Assembly (NCBI RefSeq): GCF_032118995.1 | Contig: NC_092652.1 | Coordinates: 15,688,336-15,752,335, forward strand | Direction: 5' to 3' | Length of the DNA: 64,000 bases | Source: Asterias amurensis | Lineage: Eukaryota | In this document: positions 37,694 to 50,397 of the stretch, piece by piece | How positions within the stretch are numbered: the stretch's first letter is position 1 | Layout of the letters: every line of letters starts with the position of its first letter | The notes under the pieces: model-generated | What the model saw: the letters and a program-made list of their open reading frames with translations, nothing else | What the model was told of the DNA's origin: nothing | The model's database searches: none | Position numbers and translations under genes: made by a program

Positions 37694-38093
37694 CTGGTTT
37701 AAGTTCACCCTGCCCATCCACGAGCGCAGTCAAAAGGAAACCACCGGTGAGGTGCCATCCAATGTCGTTGTTTAGGGCCAACATTGGATGGACATTACAA
37801 CCGTACATACATGTGCGTTTGATTAGCTTCCCCTGGTCGACCCCGATCTGCCCGGTGCGTTCAAATAGCTTTACGTCATTTCAGGGGCTCACCCGGGTCA
37901 GCCCCAAGTGCCCTGCTCGTGGAACGGGTCACTTGGGGCTTGCACGAGGTGCATGACGTCACCACGAAATGTATGATACGAAATGTTTTAAATGCCCAGC
38001 GCAGTATACCGCCTGCCACCTGGAAGGCACAAGAATGTAGTTCAAGGCGATCGAATGGTCTACACACCAGTCATTTATGGAACGAATACTCAC

Positions 38094-38151
38094 GTTTCCG
38101 CCCATTCAACAGCTTGCTGTAAAGAGTCCAGCTCATCCACATTGGAGAAAT
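38094..38151 (-). CDS. PARP4: PARP4 C-terminal exon (DFSNVDELDSLQQAVEWAE-)
   Basis: acceptor gttaacag, donor AC|gtgagt; phase-continuous. Confidence 0.5.
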
Positions 38152-38763
38152 CTGTTAACGTTAAAAACCACGGTTCATCTAATTCATAAATGGCGTTATA
38201 TTCATGAGCCTCGAAAAAGTGTGACATCAGAAGTTCAGGCTATTTATCGTGCTGTTTTTACTGCCATTATGAACGTTTGTTGCAGATCAGTAGGCCTATG
38301 TCCAACAAACCTTTCTGTCCAACGTACAATATGTCTGAGAAACCTTGTGGACGTACGTCCTCTTAAAGTATCTAAATAACTGGGGCCACGGGTCAAGATG
38401 GGTGGGGCAGGGTTGGGCAGGCATGTCCGATTTCTTCCTAGGCTTTAATTCTGTACGCGGGGAATTCTCGAAGTACAGAAGATTAGATAGAAGCTGTGTG
38501 TTTGTCAAAGTTACATTTCCCTCCAAAAACTCCTGGCTGACCCGGTTCCATGGATCGGCACATCTGAGCCGTTATGGGCCAGTGTGACCCAAAATGACAC
38601 ACAAATGGGTCATTCTGGAGCAGACCCTCATAAGCTAAAATCCCATGTTTCAACCAGTTTCCCGGCTAGCCTGACTCAAATATGGATCAGACCTCAATAA
38701 TGACCCGAGAGTTGTTATATATAGGGTAGACTTAAAGTTGATTGAAAGACTGTTTGGATTTTA

Positions 38764-38899
38764 CCTTCCGATAACGTCGTCTCCAGAACCTCTGCCGGTA
38801 AATGTTTCTTCACCTCCTCAGAGGCATCATTGACAAGATCAAATGCCTGCCTCATATCAGGTTCAACACGAGCACAGAACTTTGAAAAGCGATGAGCAA
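38764..38899 (-). CDS. PARP4: PARP4 C-terminal exon (VAHRFSKFCARVEPDMRQAFDLVNDASEEVKKHLPAEVLETTLSE-)
   Basis: acceptor gtttttttag, donor G|gtaaat; phase-continuous with the 40061 exon; weak similarity to human SICPRLELGNDWDSATKQLLG. Confidence 0.55.
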
Positions 38900-39272
38900 C
38901 CTAAAAAAACAAAAACACGTGTAAAACTATTTCCAGATCATCTCATCTTTAGACAGGTGCGTTCACACACGTTTGTCAACCCAGTAAAAAGAGACCTTGT
39001 CTTTTTTCTCCCATTAGTTGCAGTGTTTATTTCATTTTTTACATACTTATTTGGTTGTCATCCGTCGTCATTTTCGAACAAATTCCTTTGGAAAATTTAT
39101 TTCTTTTCTAAAACTTCGCCAACCTTATAAAGCCTCGCCTTACAACTTTGTTACGGTTTGGTTGAAACATTTACGTTAGCACAGCACAACAGGTCCATGC
39201 ACATAAAGCCAGCAAACTGCAGTCAGCCAGGGTTGTCAAAACCCATACAAATTAAACCCATTTTGGGATGTT

Positions 39273-39366
39273 TCTTCTTCTTCTTCTTCTTCTTCTTCTT
39301 CTTCTTCTTCTTCTTCTTCTTCTTCTTCTTCTTCTTCTTCTTCTTCTTCTTCTTCTTCTTCTTCAC
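39273..39366. repeat. (CTT)n microsatellite, about 31 units
   Basis: a perfect ctt run. Confidence 0.97.
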
Positions 39367-39444
39367 TTTAGGTTCGCCTTTATGTTTGAAGATAAACGCA
39401 TTATCATATACACAAGGGCGAGCACATAGCGATAAGAGTGTCCT

Positions 39445-39843
39445 TTAAGAGACTTGACACTAGTAATCGCCAAACCAGTCTTCTGACTTTGTGTATCTCT
39501 TGTGTATCTCAACATATGCACAAAACAACAAACCTGTGACAATTTGAACTCAGTTGGTCGTCGAAGTTGCGAGATAATAGATGAAGAAAAAACACCCCTG
39601 TCACAAGTTGTGTGCTTTCAGATGCTTGATTTTAGGACCTCAAAATCTAATTATGAGGTCGCGAAATCAAATTACAATATTTTAGTGGGAAATACTTCTT
39701 TCTCGAAAACTACGTTACTTCAGAGGGAGCCGTTTCTCACAATGATTTATACGATCAACAGCTCTCCATTGCTCATTACCAAGTAAGTTTTTATGCTAAC
39801 AATTATTTGGAGTAATTACCAATAGTTTCCATAGTGCCTTTAA
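39445..39843 (+). mobile_element. MITE family A copy
   Basis: TIRs gacttgacactagtaatcgcc / accaatagtttccatagtgcc. Confidence 0.85.
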
Positions 39844-40060
39844 GCATTGATATTTTTTATAACACACAGGACACAGCTTAAAACGTTGCGTCTGAATAAC
39901 AAAGCAATTATTAATAGTTTTAGTGGCTTGCTCAATGACACATTAGTGTAAAAACCGTGACTCGAACCCACACTCTGCTGATCAGAAACACCAAAAGAGC
40001 TCAAGTTGTCTCATTAGATGAAACTATAGGAATATACAATGGAATTATACAGATATTTAC

Positions 40061-40210
40061 CTTTAAGGTAAGGGGTTGAGTGTGAGACAGTTTTTCCTTG
40101 GCTACTTTGTAGGCCTTTGAAAAGTACTTCTCAGCAGTTTTGAAGGAATATGAGTCTGCTGCTGCAATAGCCGTCTGGAGGAGTTTGTTCACAAGATTAG
40201 AAGGCGAGAT
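40061..40210 (-). CDS. PARP4: PARP4 C-terminal region exon (ISPSNLVNKLLQTAIAAADSYSFKTAEKYFSKAYKVAKEKLSHTQPLTLK)
   Basis: open 50-codon exon with acceptor tttgattgcag and donor AAG|gtaaat; weak similarity to human ...IPWAFEAIKQASEWVRRTEGQYP; exons between 40211 and 44007 are not resolved. Confidence 0.6.
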
Positions 40211-41701
40211 CTGCAATCAAACGTGATTCAATAATTGCAGTTTTATTATAAACATTAACTGACATAATTCACGAGAAATTCTGAAAAACATTCAGGATTC
40301 ATTGAACAAGTCTTTCAAGATGCTATCTATAATCTTGACTGGATAAATCATCACCCAAGTCATTTTCGTTGTTAGATTCATTTATCTTGGCAAAGTAATT
40401 TACACCTGTGGAGCTCTGTAATGTATGTTTTCTTTTGTAGTATGCCATTTTTGTGATGTGGTTGTGTCTTTAATGATATCAGCTTGGAATAAGATACAAA
40501 AGCAAAGTTAGGCTTATTGGCCAGGTCACACAGACCCCAATAACGAAAACGAGAACGATAAAATGCACGCTCTCGATTGGTTGAATTGCTCCACGCAAAA
40601 TACGCCGCCACGCTTATATTCAACCATTCGAAGGCATGCATTTTTAACGTTCTCGTTTTCGTTCTCGTTCTCGTTATCGAGGCCTGTGTGACCGGGCCTT
40701 TAGTCAGAGTATGTCATGAGAACGATATTTGGCTAAAGGGCCATTGCAGATTTTTGTCCTTTGATGAAACGGGTATAAACCACAAGGGAAAGAGACTGGG
40801 TAACTATTTAAATGATTTCAGCTTGAACACAAAATAGAGCGGGATTTGAACGAGCGACCTCCGGTTTAAAGTCACCTGGAAATATTTATACGTGTAAAAA
40901 ATATATAAAGTTGTTCGGGGGCTGACTCCGCCTACCCCTTTTGTGACGTCAATCGAGGCAGACTTTGCCTGCAATGCGTATAGTAAACACACGTGCAAAG
41001 TACATACGTCCAAGTCGTGAGTTGGTATATTTCAAAAAGTGTTTTTCTGCATTCAGAAAACGTACAAACTCACGACATGGTCCTTACATGTAATTTGCAA
41101 CTGTGTTTACTCGACGCATTACAGGCAAAGTTTGCCTCGATTGACGCCACGAACAGCGCCCTCTCGGGTCGGGGTCTACTCTTAAATTTGTAAATAACAT
41201 AAGAACTGAAACCTTAGTTAACTGTTTATTTACATTCCACTCATCAAAACAAATATGTTGGTGACAAAAGCTATATTTTGAAAAAATACCACTTCTATGT
41301 GACTTTAAAGTGCCAGTGCTCTGTACCAACTGAGCTGTATATAGATCAAGTTCTTTGTTAGAGTCTTCCTATTTTGCCAAAATATGAGTGGAGTATCGAA
41401 TCCATTTGATTATTAGCAAGTAAAAGTGGGTACCAACCATATCTTTATAGCCGCAGTATTTAACCAGACACCAGAAAAATATCAATTTCCAAAACTAGCG
41501 TCAAGAATTCTTTTGAGATTAAAACTTGTTGACAGTAATTTTATTTATTTCTTATCAACGAAGGGGACTCCAGACCAAATAATTTTGCAGGATGCTTACT
41601 ATACTATCACTACAATCTTCATAAAAAGTAAGCGTTCAGATGAAAATAAAACACTTAAACACTTGTTAAAGGTTTTTACCACAAATTATGACCCCTTCCT
41701 T

Positions 41702-42094
41702 AAAGGAACACGTTGCCTTGGATTGGACGAGTTGGTCTATAAAAAAGCGTTTGTAACCGTTTGTTATAAAATGCATCTGGTTAGAAAGATGTTGTAAAAG
41801 TAGAATACAATGATCCACACAAATTTTCCTCGAAATTGCGTGGTTTTCCTCGAAATTGCGTGGTTTTCCTTTTACTGTGCGAACTAACACGGTCGGCCAT
41901 TTTTGACTCCCATAAATGTCCGACCGTGTTAGTCGACGAGGTAAAAGGAAAACCGTGCAAATTCAAGGCATGTTTGCATGGATCATTGTGTTCTACTTTT
42001 ACATCTTTCCAACCATATGCATTTTATAACAAACGGTTACAAACGCTTTTCAAAAACCAACTCGACCGATCCAAGGCAGCGTGTTCCTTTAAAG
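41702..42094. mobile_element. Foldback family B copy (in a PARP4 intron)
   Basis: the full palindrome centred on ggccatttttgactcccataaatgtccgacc. Confidence 0.85.
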
Positions 42095-44007
42095 ACTACC
42101 TCAATATTTTGGCATATAAATCCCGGTGCATACTTAATGCTACTCTCACACTAGGGAGAAAATGCTAGCGAATGTGCTTACGAACGTAAATATAATCGCG
42201 CAAACTTCGCAATATTCGCCACAAATTTACTACGTTCACAAGTCATTCTCCACCCCCTTACGAAGATCTGTCACTTTATGCAGCTCTCACACGGCGAATA
42301 TGCTAGCGAATATGCTAGCGAATATGCTAGCGAATATGCTATCGGAAGGACATTATTTGACAATCGCTCAAACTTCGCAGCATTCGCCGTGTCTTCGTTA
42401 TGAGCGCTGGTAACAAATTCGGAACGTTCACAAATAATTCCCCACCTCCTTACGAAGATCGCTCAATTTACAAACCGGTTTGTTAATTTCAGCGAATGTT
42501 GCGAAGACGGTCATTCGGCGTGATTTTCGTAAGCATTGGTAACCCTGGTAATAGCGTGCGTAAGCGTTTGCAACGTTCGTAAAGGCATTGGCAAGCGTTG
42601 GTAAGCATTCGTAATATATTCGTAAGATATTGGTAAGGAGAGGGCCGACCGAGGACGATCGAGAGGTGAGACCGAGATGAAAATATTCACTATCCAACCG
42701 CCATTTTGGACGAATTCTACGCGCAGTTCAGATAATGTTCGCAAGAACATTCGCCACTCTGTGAGAGCAGCAACTTTGCTCAACTCACTTGCGAATATCG
42801 CTGCGAAAGGAGGGTTATGACATCAAATTTACGTCAAATTCGCTTCGCATTCGCATTCGCAGGAAGCCGGGCTTTACTGCGAATGCGATACTAATTTTGA
42901 CATCAAAAATTCACAACGAATAAATCGAAAACATGGCGGTGACCCAGAACCGCCCGGTGAATAGTTGCCATTGCCGCCTACAAACTCACCTCCGGGTGTT
43001 TGGCTACACTGGGCTCCTCCCAGTTTAGGGTTGGCAGCTGATCAACATCTTCTGATGAGAGAAGATCTTCCACGGTTTGAAGCAATTCTAGCTTTTGGCC
43101 TTCTGCAAGATGCCTCTGCTCTTCCTTGATATAAATGCAATCAGGATGGATGGTTAAAGACACTGGACACTATTAGTAGTTGTCAAAGACCCAGTCTTCC
43201 CACTTGGTGTATCTGAACATATGCATACAAAAAAAACCTGTGAAATTTGAAGACTCAATTGCTCGTCGAAGTTGCGAGATAACAGTGGAAGAAAAAACAA
43301 CCCGTTTCACACGAAGTTGTGCGCTTTCAGATGCTTGAATTCAGGACCTCAAAATCTAATTCTGAGGTCTCAAAATCAAATTCGTGGAACATTTTGAAAA
43401 ACATGAATCACAAGGAACGCAAAAAAAAAAAAACATACCGCAAAGGGGGCGGGGTGACTTCTTTAGAGGTAAATATAGTGTGCTGAAAATTTGGAACATT
43501 GGGGGGGGGGGGGGTAAACTGCGATGGTCAGATTAAGGGGAACAAAATCCAATGCTGAGTGTTCAAATTAATCACTCTATATTTCGATTGCAGCAATCAA
43601 AATAAGAAACTCGATTTCTGGCGTCTTATTTTTTTTGTCTTCAGGGCCCAATTTCATAAAGTCTGTAAGCACAAAAATTGCTTAGCATGAAATTTCTTCC
43701 TTGATAAAAACAAAATTACCAACCAAGTTTTAATGGGTTCCATATTGCTCCGCTGTTGTTTGCTTATCCTGGAAATTTAGTTGGTAATCCTGTTTTTATA
43801 AAGGGACAAATTTCATGCTTAGCAAATATTTGTGCTTACAGGCTTTATGAAATTGGGCCCTGGTCAGACGGCATTTGAAGATTTTGGTGCTGGTATTATT
43901 ATCTGTACAGTGAGATTTAGACTGTTCCCCCCCCCCCCCCCCCCCCATCATTGTATATCTACCCTGGACTTTGTATTTCATGTTACAACACCATCATATC
44001 TCCTTAC

Positions 44008-44190
44008 TTCTTCTCTTTCTTCAACTGCTATGAAGCTTGTCATAGGTGTCACGATCGAATGGCGAATGCTCAGCTCTACAATTCGTGACTTAAGCTCATG
44101 CTTTTGAGCCTCGTGTTCCGGGCGGTCAGCGTGAAGGACGCCCTCTTCCCAGTCTCTGATCACAGCATGTGCTGCCAACTTGTGGATTAT
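44008..44190 (-). CDS. PARP4: PARP4 exon (IIHKLAAHAVIRDWEEGVLHADRPEHEAQKHELKSRIVELSIRHSIVTPMTSFIAVEEREE)
   Basis: aligns to human MIHKLAARALIRDYEDGILHENETSHEMKKQTLKSLIIKLSKENSLITQFTSFVAVEKRDE; donor GAA|gtaagg. Confidence 0.9.
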
Positions 44191-44489
44191 CTGTTCCAGG
44201 CAGGATTTTGTTTTGATTATTTGTTTTCAAAGTTTAATCTAAAATAAATAAACCAGTTTGATTGACCCTTCCTTTTAAAATTGCATTCACGCATGCATAT
44301 TAATACAAACACTACAGTGGGCAATTGAGCACTGTAGGCAGAGGTACAAAATTGTATGGATCACGCCACTGTTCCTTCAATTTTGCCTGCAATTATTACA
44401 TAATGTGCAATTGACATGTTTCACCGGAAGGATACATTCTTTCAATGTTTTGGGGCCAAATGATATAGCCACAGATCTAGTCCACAACC

Positions 44490-44755
44490 GGGATTCTGCT
44501 GGGATCCCTTTCGAATACCGTTAGGATCCCAACGGGATTCCCGGTAGGATCCCGTCGGGATTCCCGATAGGATCCCGTCGGGATTCCCAGTGGGATCCCG
44601 TCGAGATTCTTGGTGGGATCCCGTCGGGCTCGGTGAGGTCCCGTCGGGATTCCGTCGGGGTTCCCGGTGGGTTCCCGTCGGGATTCCCGGTGGGATCCCG
44701 TCGGGATACCCGGTGGGATCCCGTCGGGATTCCTTGTGGGATCCCGTCGGGATCT
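44490..44755. repeat. Tandem ~24-bp repeat (gggattcccggtgggatcccgtcg) x ~11
   Basis: direct tandem copies; each unit contains the palindromic GGGATYCC core. Confidence 0.9.
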
Positions 44756-45362
44756 ATTTGTTTGTATCACTTCTTTGGTACAATTCTTCTAACAGGGAAC
44801 GCTGTTTTTACTCTTATACATATGCCTTTTATTACTTGAGGCTATACACATCATTTTCATCCGACAATAACAACTGTTATTTCTGTTCATTTCCTTTTCT
44901 AACTAGTGGACTTAATAGTAACCACTTGTGAAAATTACGTCCTCCGATTTTTTCTGACGAAACTATAAGGAAAATCTTAAAATTGAGCTTCCCTGTAATG
45001 TTTTCGAAAAAACAGTATTGGCTTGGCTATTGATCGGAGCTTCACTCAGGCAGATGACACCTGAGCCGGAGCATAGCCGTGGTTTCGAAAAAGCCAATGG
45101 TAACCAAAGTCACAGATTCCCGGTGTGATAAAGGTCACATTTAATGATGCAAGACTCAAGCGAGATCAGAATGAGGGAGTCTTAGGCCCAGAGGGTTGAA
45201 GTAACGTCTTGACTATCATTAATAAAACCTAAGGTATCTTATACAAAGGGAATCCTAGATTGTGGTCAAATATTAAATTAGTCTTTGCTCCCCCACCCCC
45301 CTATAGATAGGGACATGATTTTTCAGAGCCTATGACGGGAATCAACTGAATAAGTTTCTTAC

Positions 45363-45443
45363 ATTTCCTTCGGTATGCGGTTGGTCTATTGCAGAGAGTA
45401 CTGTCTCAACCTTTTTGCCGTTTACTTCAGCAAAAAGCGTTGC
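45363..45443 (-). CDS. PARP4: PARP4 exon (ATLFAEVNGKKVETVLSAIDQPHTEGN)
   Basis: aligns to human ATLCALIQEKEFCTMVSTTELQKTTGT; acceptor ttttcctctag, donor AAT|gtaaga. Confidence 0.8.
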
Positions 45444-46090
45444 CTAGAGGAAAACAATACCAAAAACCCCTCATTAAATTACTACAACTGTGAAATCAGA
45501 AGCATTCTACCTTAGACTAAAGCAACACTTCCACGGCAATACAGCTCTCCAAAAGTTGTTGTTTTTAATAAGATCTTTTCTTGGTTAATTTAGGGTACTT
45601 TTCTCATTTCACATTTCAAAAGCATACAAAGTATGGTAAATGTAACATGTCCTATCTCATTCTCTTTTTAAACTTTCGTCCTGTAGGGGTTATTTTATTT
45701 TTACCAAAAAAACTTGCTTTTCTAAAAATGTAATTTTTCGAGTTGCATGGGCTCTTTTGCCTTGGAAGGACCAAAAGACGGACAGCATTTCTTATGGAAT
45801 GCCATTAATTGATTGTATATTATAGTACAAAGTTCAGAATCAGACATTTTGAAATCATGGTGTACACATCATAATGTTCTGTTTTTGGTGTGAGTGAATT
45901 TGTTTAATTTTTAGGGCCACTAAAAAGGCACGGGTGTAAAAAATTTACATCATGGGTGACACATAATACCAAAATCAAGGGACTGAAGTACCACAGAACA
46001 GAACTTCGAGGGCCCCAACATTAGACCCACACAAGACCTGCACAGTCTGTTTTGACTGTTAAATTTAAGCGTCACATTTTCTTCAGGCTT

Positions 46091-46478
46091 AAAGGAACAC
46101 GTTGCCTTGGATCGGACGAGTTGGTCAAAACAAAAGCGTTTGTAACCGTTTTTTATAAAATGCATATGGTTGGAAAGATGTTTTAAAAGTAGAATACAAT
46201 GATCCACACAAGTTTGCCTCGAAATTGCGTGGTTTTCCTTCTACTGTGCGAACTAACATGGTCGGCCATTTATGGGAGTCAAAATTTTGACCCCCATAAA
46301 TGGCCGACGAGTTAGTCGACGAGGTAAAAGGAAAACCACGCAATTTCGAGGCATGTTTGTGTGGATCATTGTATTCTACTTTTACAACATCTTTCTACCC
46401 ATATGCATTTTATAAAAAACGGTTACAAACGCTTTCCAAAGACCAACTCGACCGATCCAAGGCAACGTGTTCCTTTAA
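46091..46478. mobile_element. Foldback family B copy (in a PARP4 intron)
   Basis: the full palindrome with a palindromic centre atttatgggagtcaaaattttgacccccataaat. Confidence 0.85.
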
Positions 46479-46514
46479 TAAGGGTATGAATTCATAGTTG
46501 ATGCCATCCCGTAC

Positions 46515-46673
46515 CTTGGCAAAGTTTCGCAACAGCCCGTAGACAATGAGACGGTTCTTCCTGAACAAGGAGGTGATTTGAGCGGGAGCTTGGAGTAGTG
46601 GAAGGGTTTCTTGACTGTCTTGATCCCACTGGACACTCACTGATGTTACGGCAGGCTGACTGGCTCGGGAAAC
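46515..46673 (-). CDS. PARP4: PARP4 exon (VSRASQPAVTSVSVQWDQDSQETLPLLQAPAQITSLFRKNRLIVYGLLRNFAK); 5' boundary uncertain (acceptor at 46673 or 46679)
   Basis: aligns to human SPSCHSVSVKWQQLNPDAPEALQAPAQVPSLFRNDRLLVYGFIPHC; one or more exons between this exon and the 48239 exon are unresolved (phase mismatch). Confidence 0.75.
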
Positions 46674-47816
46674 CTGGAGCTTAATCTATAATCGTTGTTC
46701 CAAATTGTTAAAAACAATAATTTTGTATAATATCAGCTCTCCAATGCTTGTTACCAAGTAATTTTTTTTACTATTTGTTTTGAGTAATTACCAAACGTGT
46801 ACCTTCCCTTTATTGGGCATAAATTTCAACCACATATAGGCCCACTCACTTTTTTCTCCCAGGTTGATTTCGCTGCACTGTCAAAGAACTCAAAAGCTCC
46901 TCCACCTTGTCTTGCAACAGCCGCAAGAAGATGACGATTTGCTGTCGCACTACATCAGTCAAATCAAACAAAGTCAAGACAATCTCAAGATATTGGTTAC
47001 AACAATTGGAGCAGATGTTTGGATGAACTGTGCCATTGATAACACAAGCATGGAATTTGGCACACAATCAGATTGTCCAGTGTTGTAGTCAAGACCGGTA
47101 CACCCGAGACCAAGCCAAGACAGCACCAAGACCAAGACCAGCATATCCAAGACCGAGACAAGACAATGACCAAGACAAAGACCAAGCAAGTCGACACCAA
47201 GACAAAGACCAGAGTGTCAAGGGGGAGACCGGTCTCGAGAACTACAACACTGGATATGTCATCAGAAAGTTATTTGGTTATGTAGTGCCAAACTTTACGT
47301 TTTCAAAGAACAAGTCTGTGATGGCCCTCTAGCCAAATATTTTGTTCATTAAGTAAAGACCTTTTTAAACTACTCTATGGGGCAACCCTATGATTAACGG
47401 CTAGCCCTTTCACACTTGGATCGCTTTACCGTGATTTACCCCGGCAAATTGCCATGATCCCTGGGAATAGCCACCACTGTCCTGGAGTAGGGGTAAGCGG
47501 TAAAATCCCAGGGTATTCATGGAATAGCATGTGGGACAGTGTGAAAGTGCGTCGGTAACAAACTCCTGGGGCCTCCGCCGAGCTGTATTCCATTTTAAAA
47601 AATAATTTAAATTATACAATTAAATATACAAAAAATCTCTAAAATGTAAAATCTCTAATATCAAAATCTCACAAAGTTTGCAATATAATTTTTCTTAGGT
47701 AATATTGTATATTGCATCTTGGTCTGTTTTAGCTCTACAATAATTATGTTGAGTCCTGTTGACAAATCCTAACTCGTTGGTTAGATTCGAACCCGTGGGC
47801 TCTGCCATTCTAGACC

Positions 47817-48080
47817 AGGGCCCAATTTCATAGCGCTGCTTAGCGGCCTATTTTGTGCTTACTGTGTGATTTCTATTTCATGAAAAGGCATGCTAACCTT
47901 CCGGTGCTTACCACACGAAAATAAATGACGTCACAATGCAAATCCACGGTAAACACGCAATATGGCCGCCCAATTTTCCTGCTAACCTGTGAAATACGCT
48001 AAGGCTTAAGCAATTTTGTTCTGCTACAGTAAGCACGCAAATTTGCTTATACCGTTAAGCAGCGCTATGAAATTGGGCCC
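47817..48080. mobile_element. MITE family C copy (in a PARP4 intron)
   Basis: gggcccaatttcatagcgctgcttagc ... gcttataccgttaagcagcgctatgaaattgggccc. Confidence 0.8.
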
Positions 48081-48238
48081 TGTTATCATAGGACTAAGCA
48101 TCGAGCTAGGATGGGAGGAATGCTTGAAGATTGCCATGCCTTACAACCCTGCCTGTACCAACAGAAACTAAAACATTCAATGCACCTCGTACATAGATTG
48201 TCAATTTTAGTTTAACACTTGCTGTAGACGTAATTTAC

Positions 48239-48497
48239 CTCACACCACACGTGAAGATTCTTGTGAAGGCTCTGTTGCGTCCAACAGCTCTCAAAGTCGC
48301 CTCTTCGTTATTCAGATGACCGTCAGTTACCAGGAACAGATTTCTATGCGCGTGCTCCTGTTTCAGCAAGTTCTGTGACTGCAAAGGGCGCCAGAAGTCG
48401 GTTCCTCCTCCAACACTGTAGCCTTTAATGAACTCCTTGGCCGATTTGACAGTCTTTCTGCTCTTTTGTTGACTTGCGGGAAAAAGCTCATCGAATT
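48239..48497 (-). CDS. PARP4: PARP4 exon, VWA domain (EFDELFPASQQKSRKTVKSAKEFIKGYSVGGGTDFWRPLQSQ...NLFLVTDGHLNNEEATLRAVGRNRAFTRIFTCGV-)
   Basis: aligns to human YKELFSYPK...NTDFWKTLRYL...NILLVSDGHLQDESLTL...RLFACGIG; donor AG|gtaaat. Confidence 0.9.
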
Positions 48498-48820
48498 CTG
48501 TCCCCGAAATGAGAGGGGGGAAGTCAGTTCAAACCTTTGCAAGACTTATTTATCATAAGGTACATGTTGTGCATACCCACACAAAGGGGGGGGGTCATAT
48601 ATACTTTTTTAACAGAAGGCCTACTTATTATAAAGATGGTATTGGTAGTAAGTATTCTGCAAAACTTTTTCGTCTTAAGTTCCCCTGTCGACTTTAAATC
48701 AATAAGAAGTATGCTGAAAAACGTAAATTTCCAAAGATAGCCTTGAAGCATTTGTTAGAGATTTAAAATCCCATGGTTTCCGTGTGTGAATGCTGCACCC
48801 AGAGATGCATAAAGGCCTAC

Positions 48821-49007
48821 CTGTACCGAAGACTACCACATTGAAGGTACAACTTGAAGGAAGATTCTTCACAATAAGAAGCAGTATTTTCTTGGCCTCT
48901 TCAAGACTGCTTCCCTTCATGGAGTTTGATGAATCCATTACAAGGACCATCTCTGGATTAGCTAGGTTACTCACATCCAGTTCAGGATAAAATACCAGCA
49001 TGGCGGC
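48821..49007 (-). CDS. PARP4: PARP4 exon, VWA domain (AAMLVFYPELDVSNLANPEMVLVMDSSNSMKGSSLEEAKKILLLIVKNLPSSCTFNVVVFGT-)
   Basis: VWA MIDAS-like DxSxS motif; aligns to human ACMLVFQPDLDVDLPDLASESEVIICLDCSSSMEGVTFLQAKQIAL...VNIIQFGTG. Confidence 0.92.
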
Positions 49008-49463
49008 CTGTTGTTGATATAGAACTACTTGTTACATAGAAATATACTTACAAGATACTTACAAGATATTTCATTAAAATAAAAAGTTGTTGTTTGAAGT
49101 ACTTGGTAACAGTGTACCCCATAAATCTAAGCAAAAACAAATGAAGCACTTAAATGAAGCATATTAATTAATATATCGCACCTTAAACAGAAACCAACCA
49201 ATATGCACAAGCCCCTGCAATACAAAACCCTTTAAGAGTTAAGAGTAACTTAAATATAAATATGAATAGTAAACTTGCGGGTACACATGTGTAAAATCTC
49301 TTTAAGGGGAGTGTTGGCTCTGAAAAGAGCCGGTTTGGTCTTGAACAGTATACTCTGCTCGTCTTCAGGAGAATTCTTTCACTACTAATACAATATTACA
49401 ATCCGAGGTCGTTGGTCCAAGCAAAACGACCCAAACAAAACAAGCAAGCAACATCTGTGTTAC

Positions 49464-49601
49464 CTGGTCATCAGATCCTGGTTCCGGCTCTTCTATCCAC
49501 ACTCTTGGCTTGTGAATCTCCTCTATACCAATCAATAGCTGAAACCCTTCATCGAGTTTGGAGTCTTTGCCGAGCTTGATGGACGCCTTGTTATCCGATT
49601 G
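49464..49601 (-). CDS. PARP4: PARP4 exon (QSDNKASIKLGKDSKLDEGFQLLIGIEEIHKPRVWIEEPEPGSDDQ)
   Basis: aligns to human ...SGFSLHIGLSAAYLPRMWVEKHPEKESE; acceptor tttctttctcag, donor CAG|gtaaca; verified against ORF 49365..49634. Confidence 0.85.
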
Positions 49602-49969
49602 CTGAGAAAGAAATCCAAACATCAAAAATATCACCTTTAAGAAATGTGTTTGTATGGCCTACCCTCCGAAGACATTTTTCAATAGGTCCTCACTAGTTGG
49701 TTCTTTGTTTTCATGGGTCCTCTGAAGTCATTTGTGTACAAAACCATCAAGGATTGCTTCAATACGGGAACAACAACAGAAAGCCCCCCAAAAAGGTGTC
49801 CTCTATAACGTAGTGTGTCAAATTTTCAACACTCGGAGAATTATCTCTGCCAGAATCCCGCAAAACGGCGGGGTTCCTGTGTGAATCGTACAAGAATCCG
49901 ATCGGGAATTCTGTATCATTTTCGTTACCACCTTTTCGAACTTTGTGTGTGTAAGAATCCATGGCTTAC

Positions 49970-50051
49970 TTTAACAAGAATAGAATGTGTAGATGACTCG
50001 ATACTTGTGATCTTAGACGCCATGGTAACTGCAACATGAATCGACTGCTCC
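49970..50051 (-). CDS. PARP4: PARP4 exon (KEQSIHVAVTMASKITSIESSTHSILVK)
   Basis: aligns to human KQSFSLTMSIEMPYVIEFIFSDTHELKQK; donor AAA|gtaagc. Confidence 0.8.
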
Positions 50052-50188
50052 CTGTAATAACAAACACATCAAATACAAATCACTGTCAAGAACGGCCATA
50101 TTTGTTGAGGAGAAATGGACGAAAAGTTGTAACTCGATCACAATGATAAATTTAATATCGTTAGCATAACGGACAAGTTAAAACTTAC

Positions 50189-50397
50189 TTGTAAATTGTT
50201 TCTAGTTCAACATCGACAACATCTCGCTCTGAGGGTGTCCCTTTAGCAAGAACCTCTTGGCGTTTCCATGGTGCAACGGTACCGAGAAGATTAAAAGCAA
50301 GTCTGTCGCCCTCCACGGAAAGTTCTGTCACATACGTCACTTTAATGAGAACATCAGCTTGTGGGGGAAGATTGCCAACGCTGACCGAGAACACATG
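50189..50397 (-). CDS. PARP4: PARP4 exon, VIT domain (HVFSVSVGNLPPQADVLIKVTYVTELSVEGDRLAFNLLGTVAPWKRQ...ETIY-)
   Basis: near-identical to human DVFTVSVGNLPPKAKVLIKITYITELS...PATVAPWQQ; donor AA|gtaagt. Confidence 0.92.

Noticed and set aside
46410-46640. ORF track shows M-SVQWDQDS... starting with Met
   Set aside because: The genomic codon is GTG; the ORF caller uses alternative starts. The segment is an internal PARP4 exon (46515-46673), not a translation start.
46846-47332. ORFs in the caagac-rich low-complexity tract (e.g. 47030..47332 plus, 46997..47200 minus)
   Set aside because: These are low-complexity (aagacc)n-like sequence; some PARP4 coding may lie here on the minus strand (NSMLVLSMAQ resembles human NRHVLRILSQ) but no phase-consistent exon could be built, so nothing is annotated.
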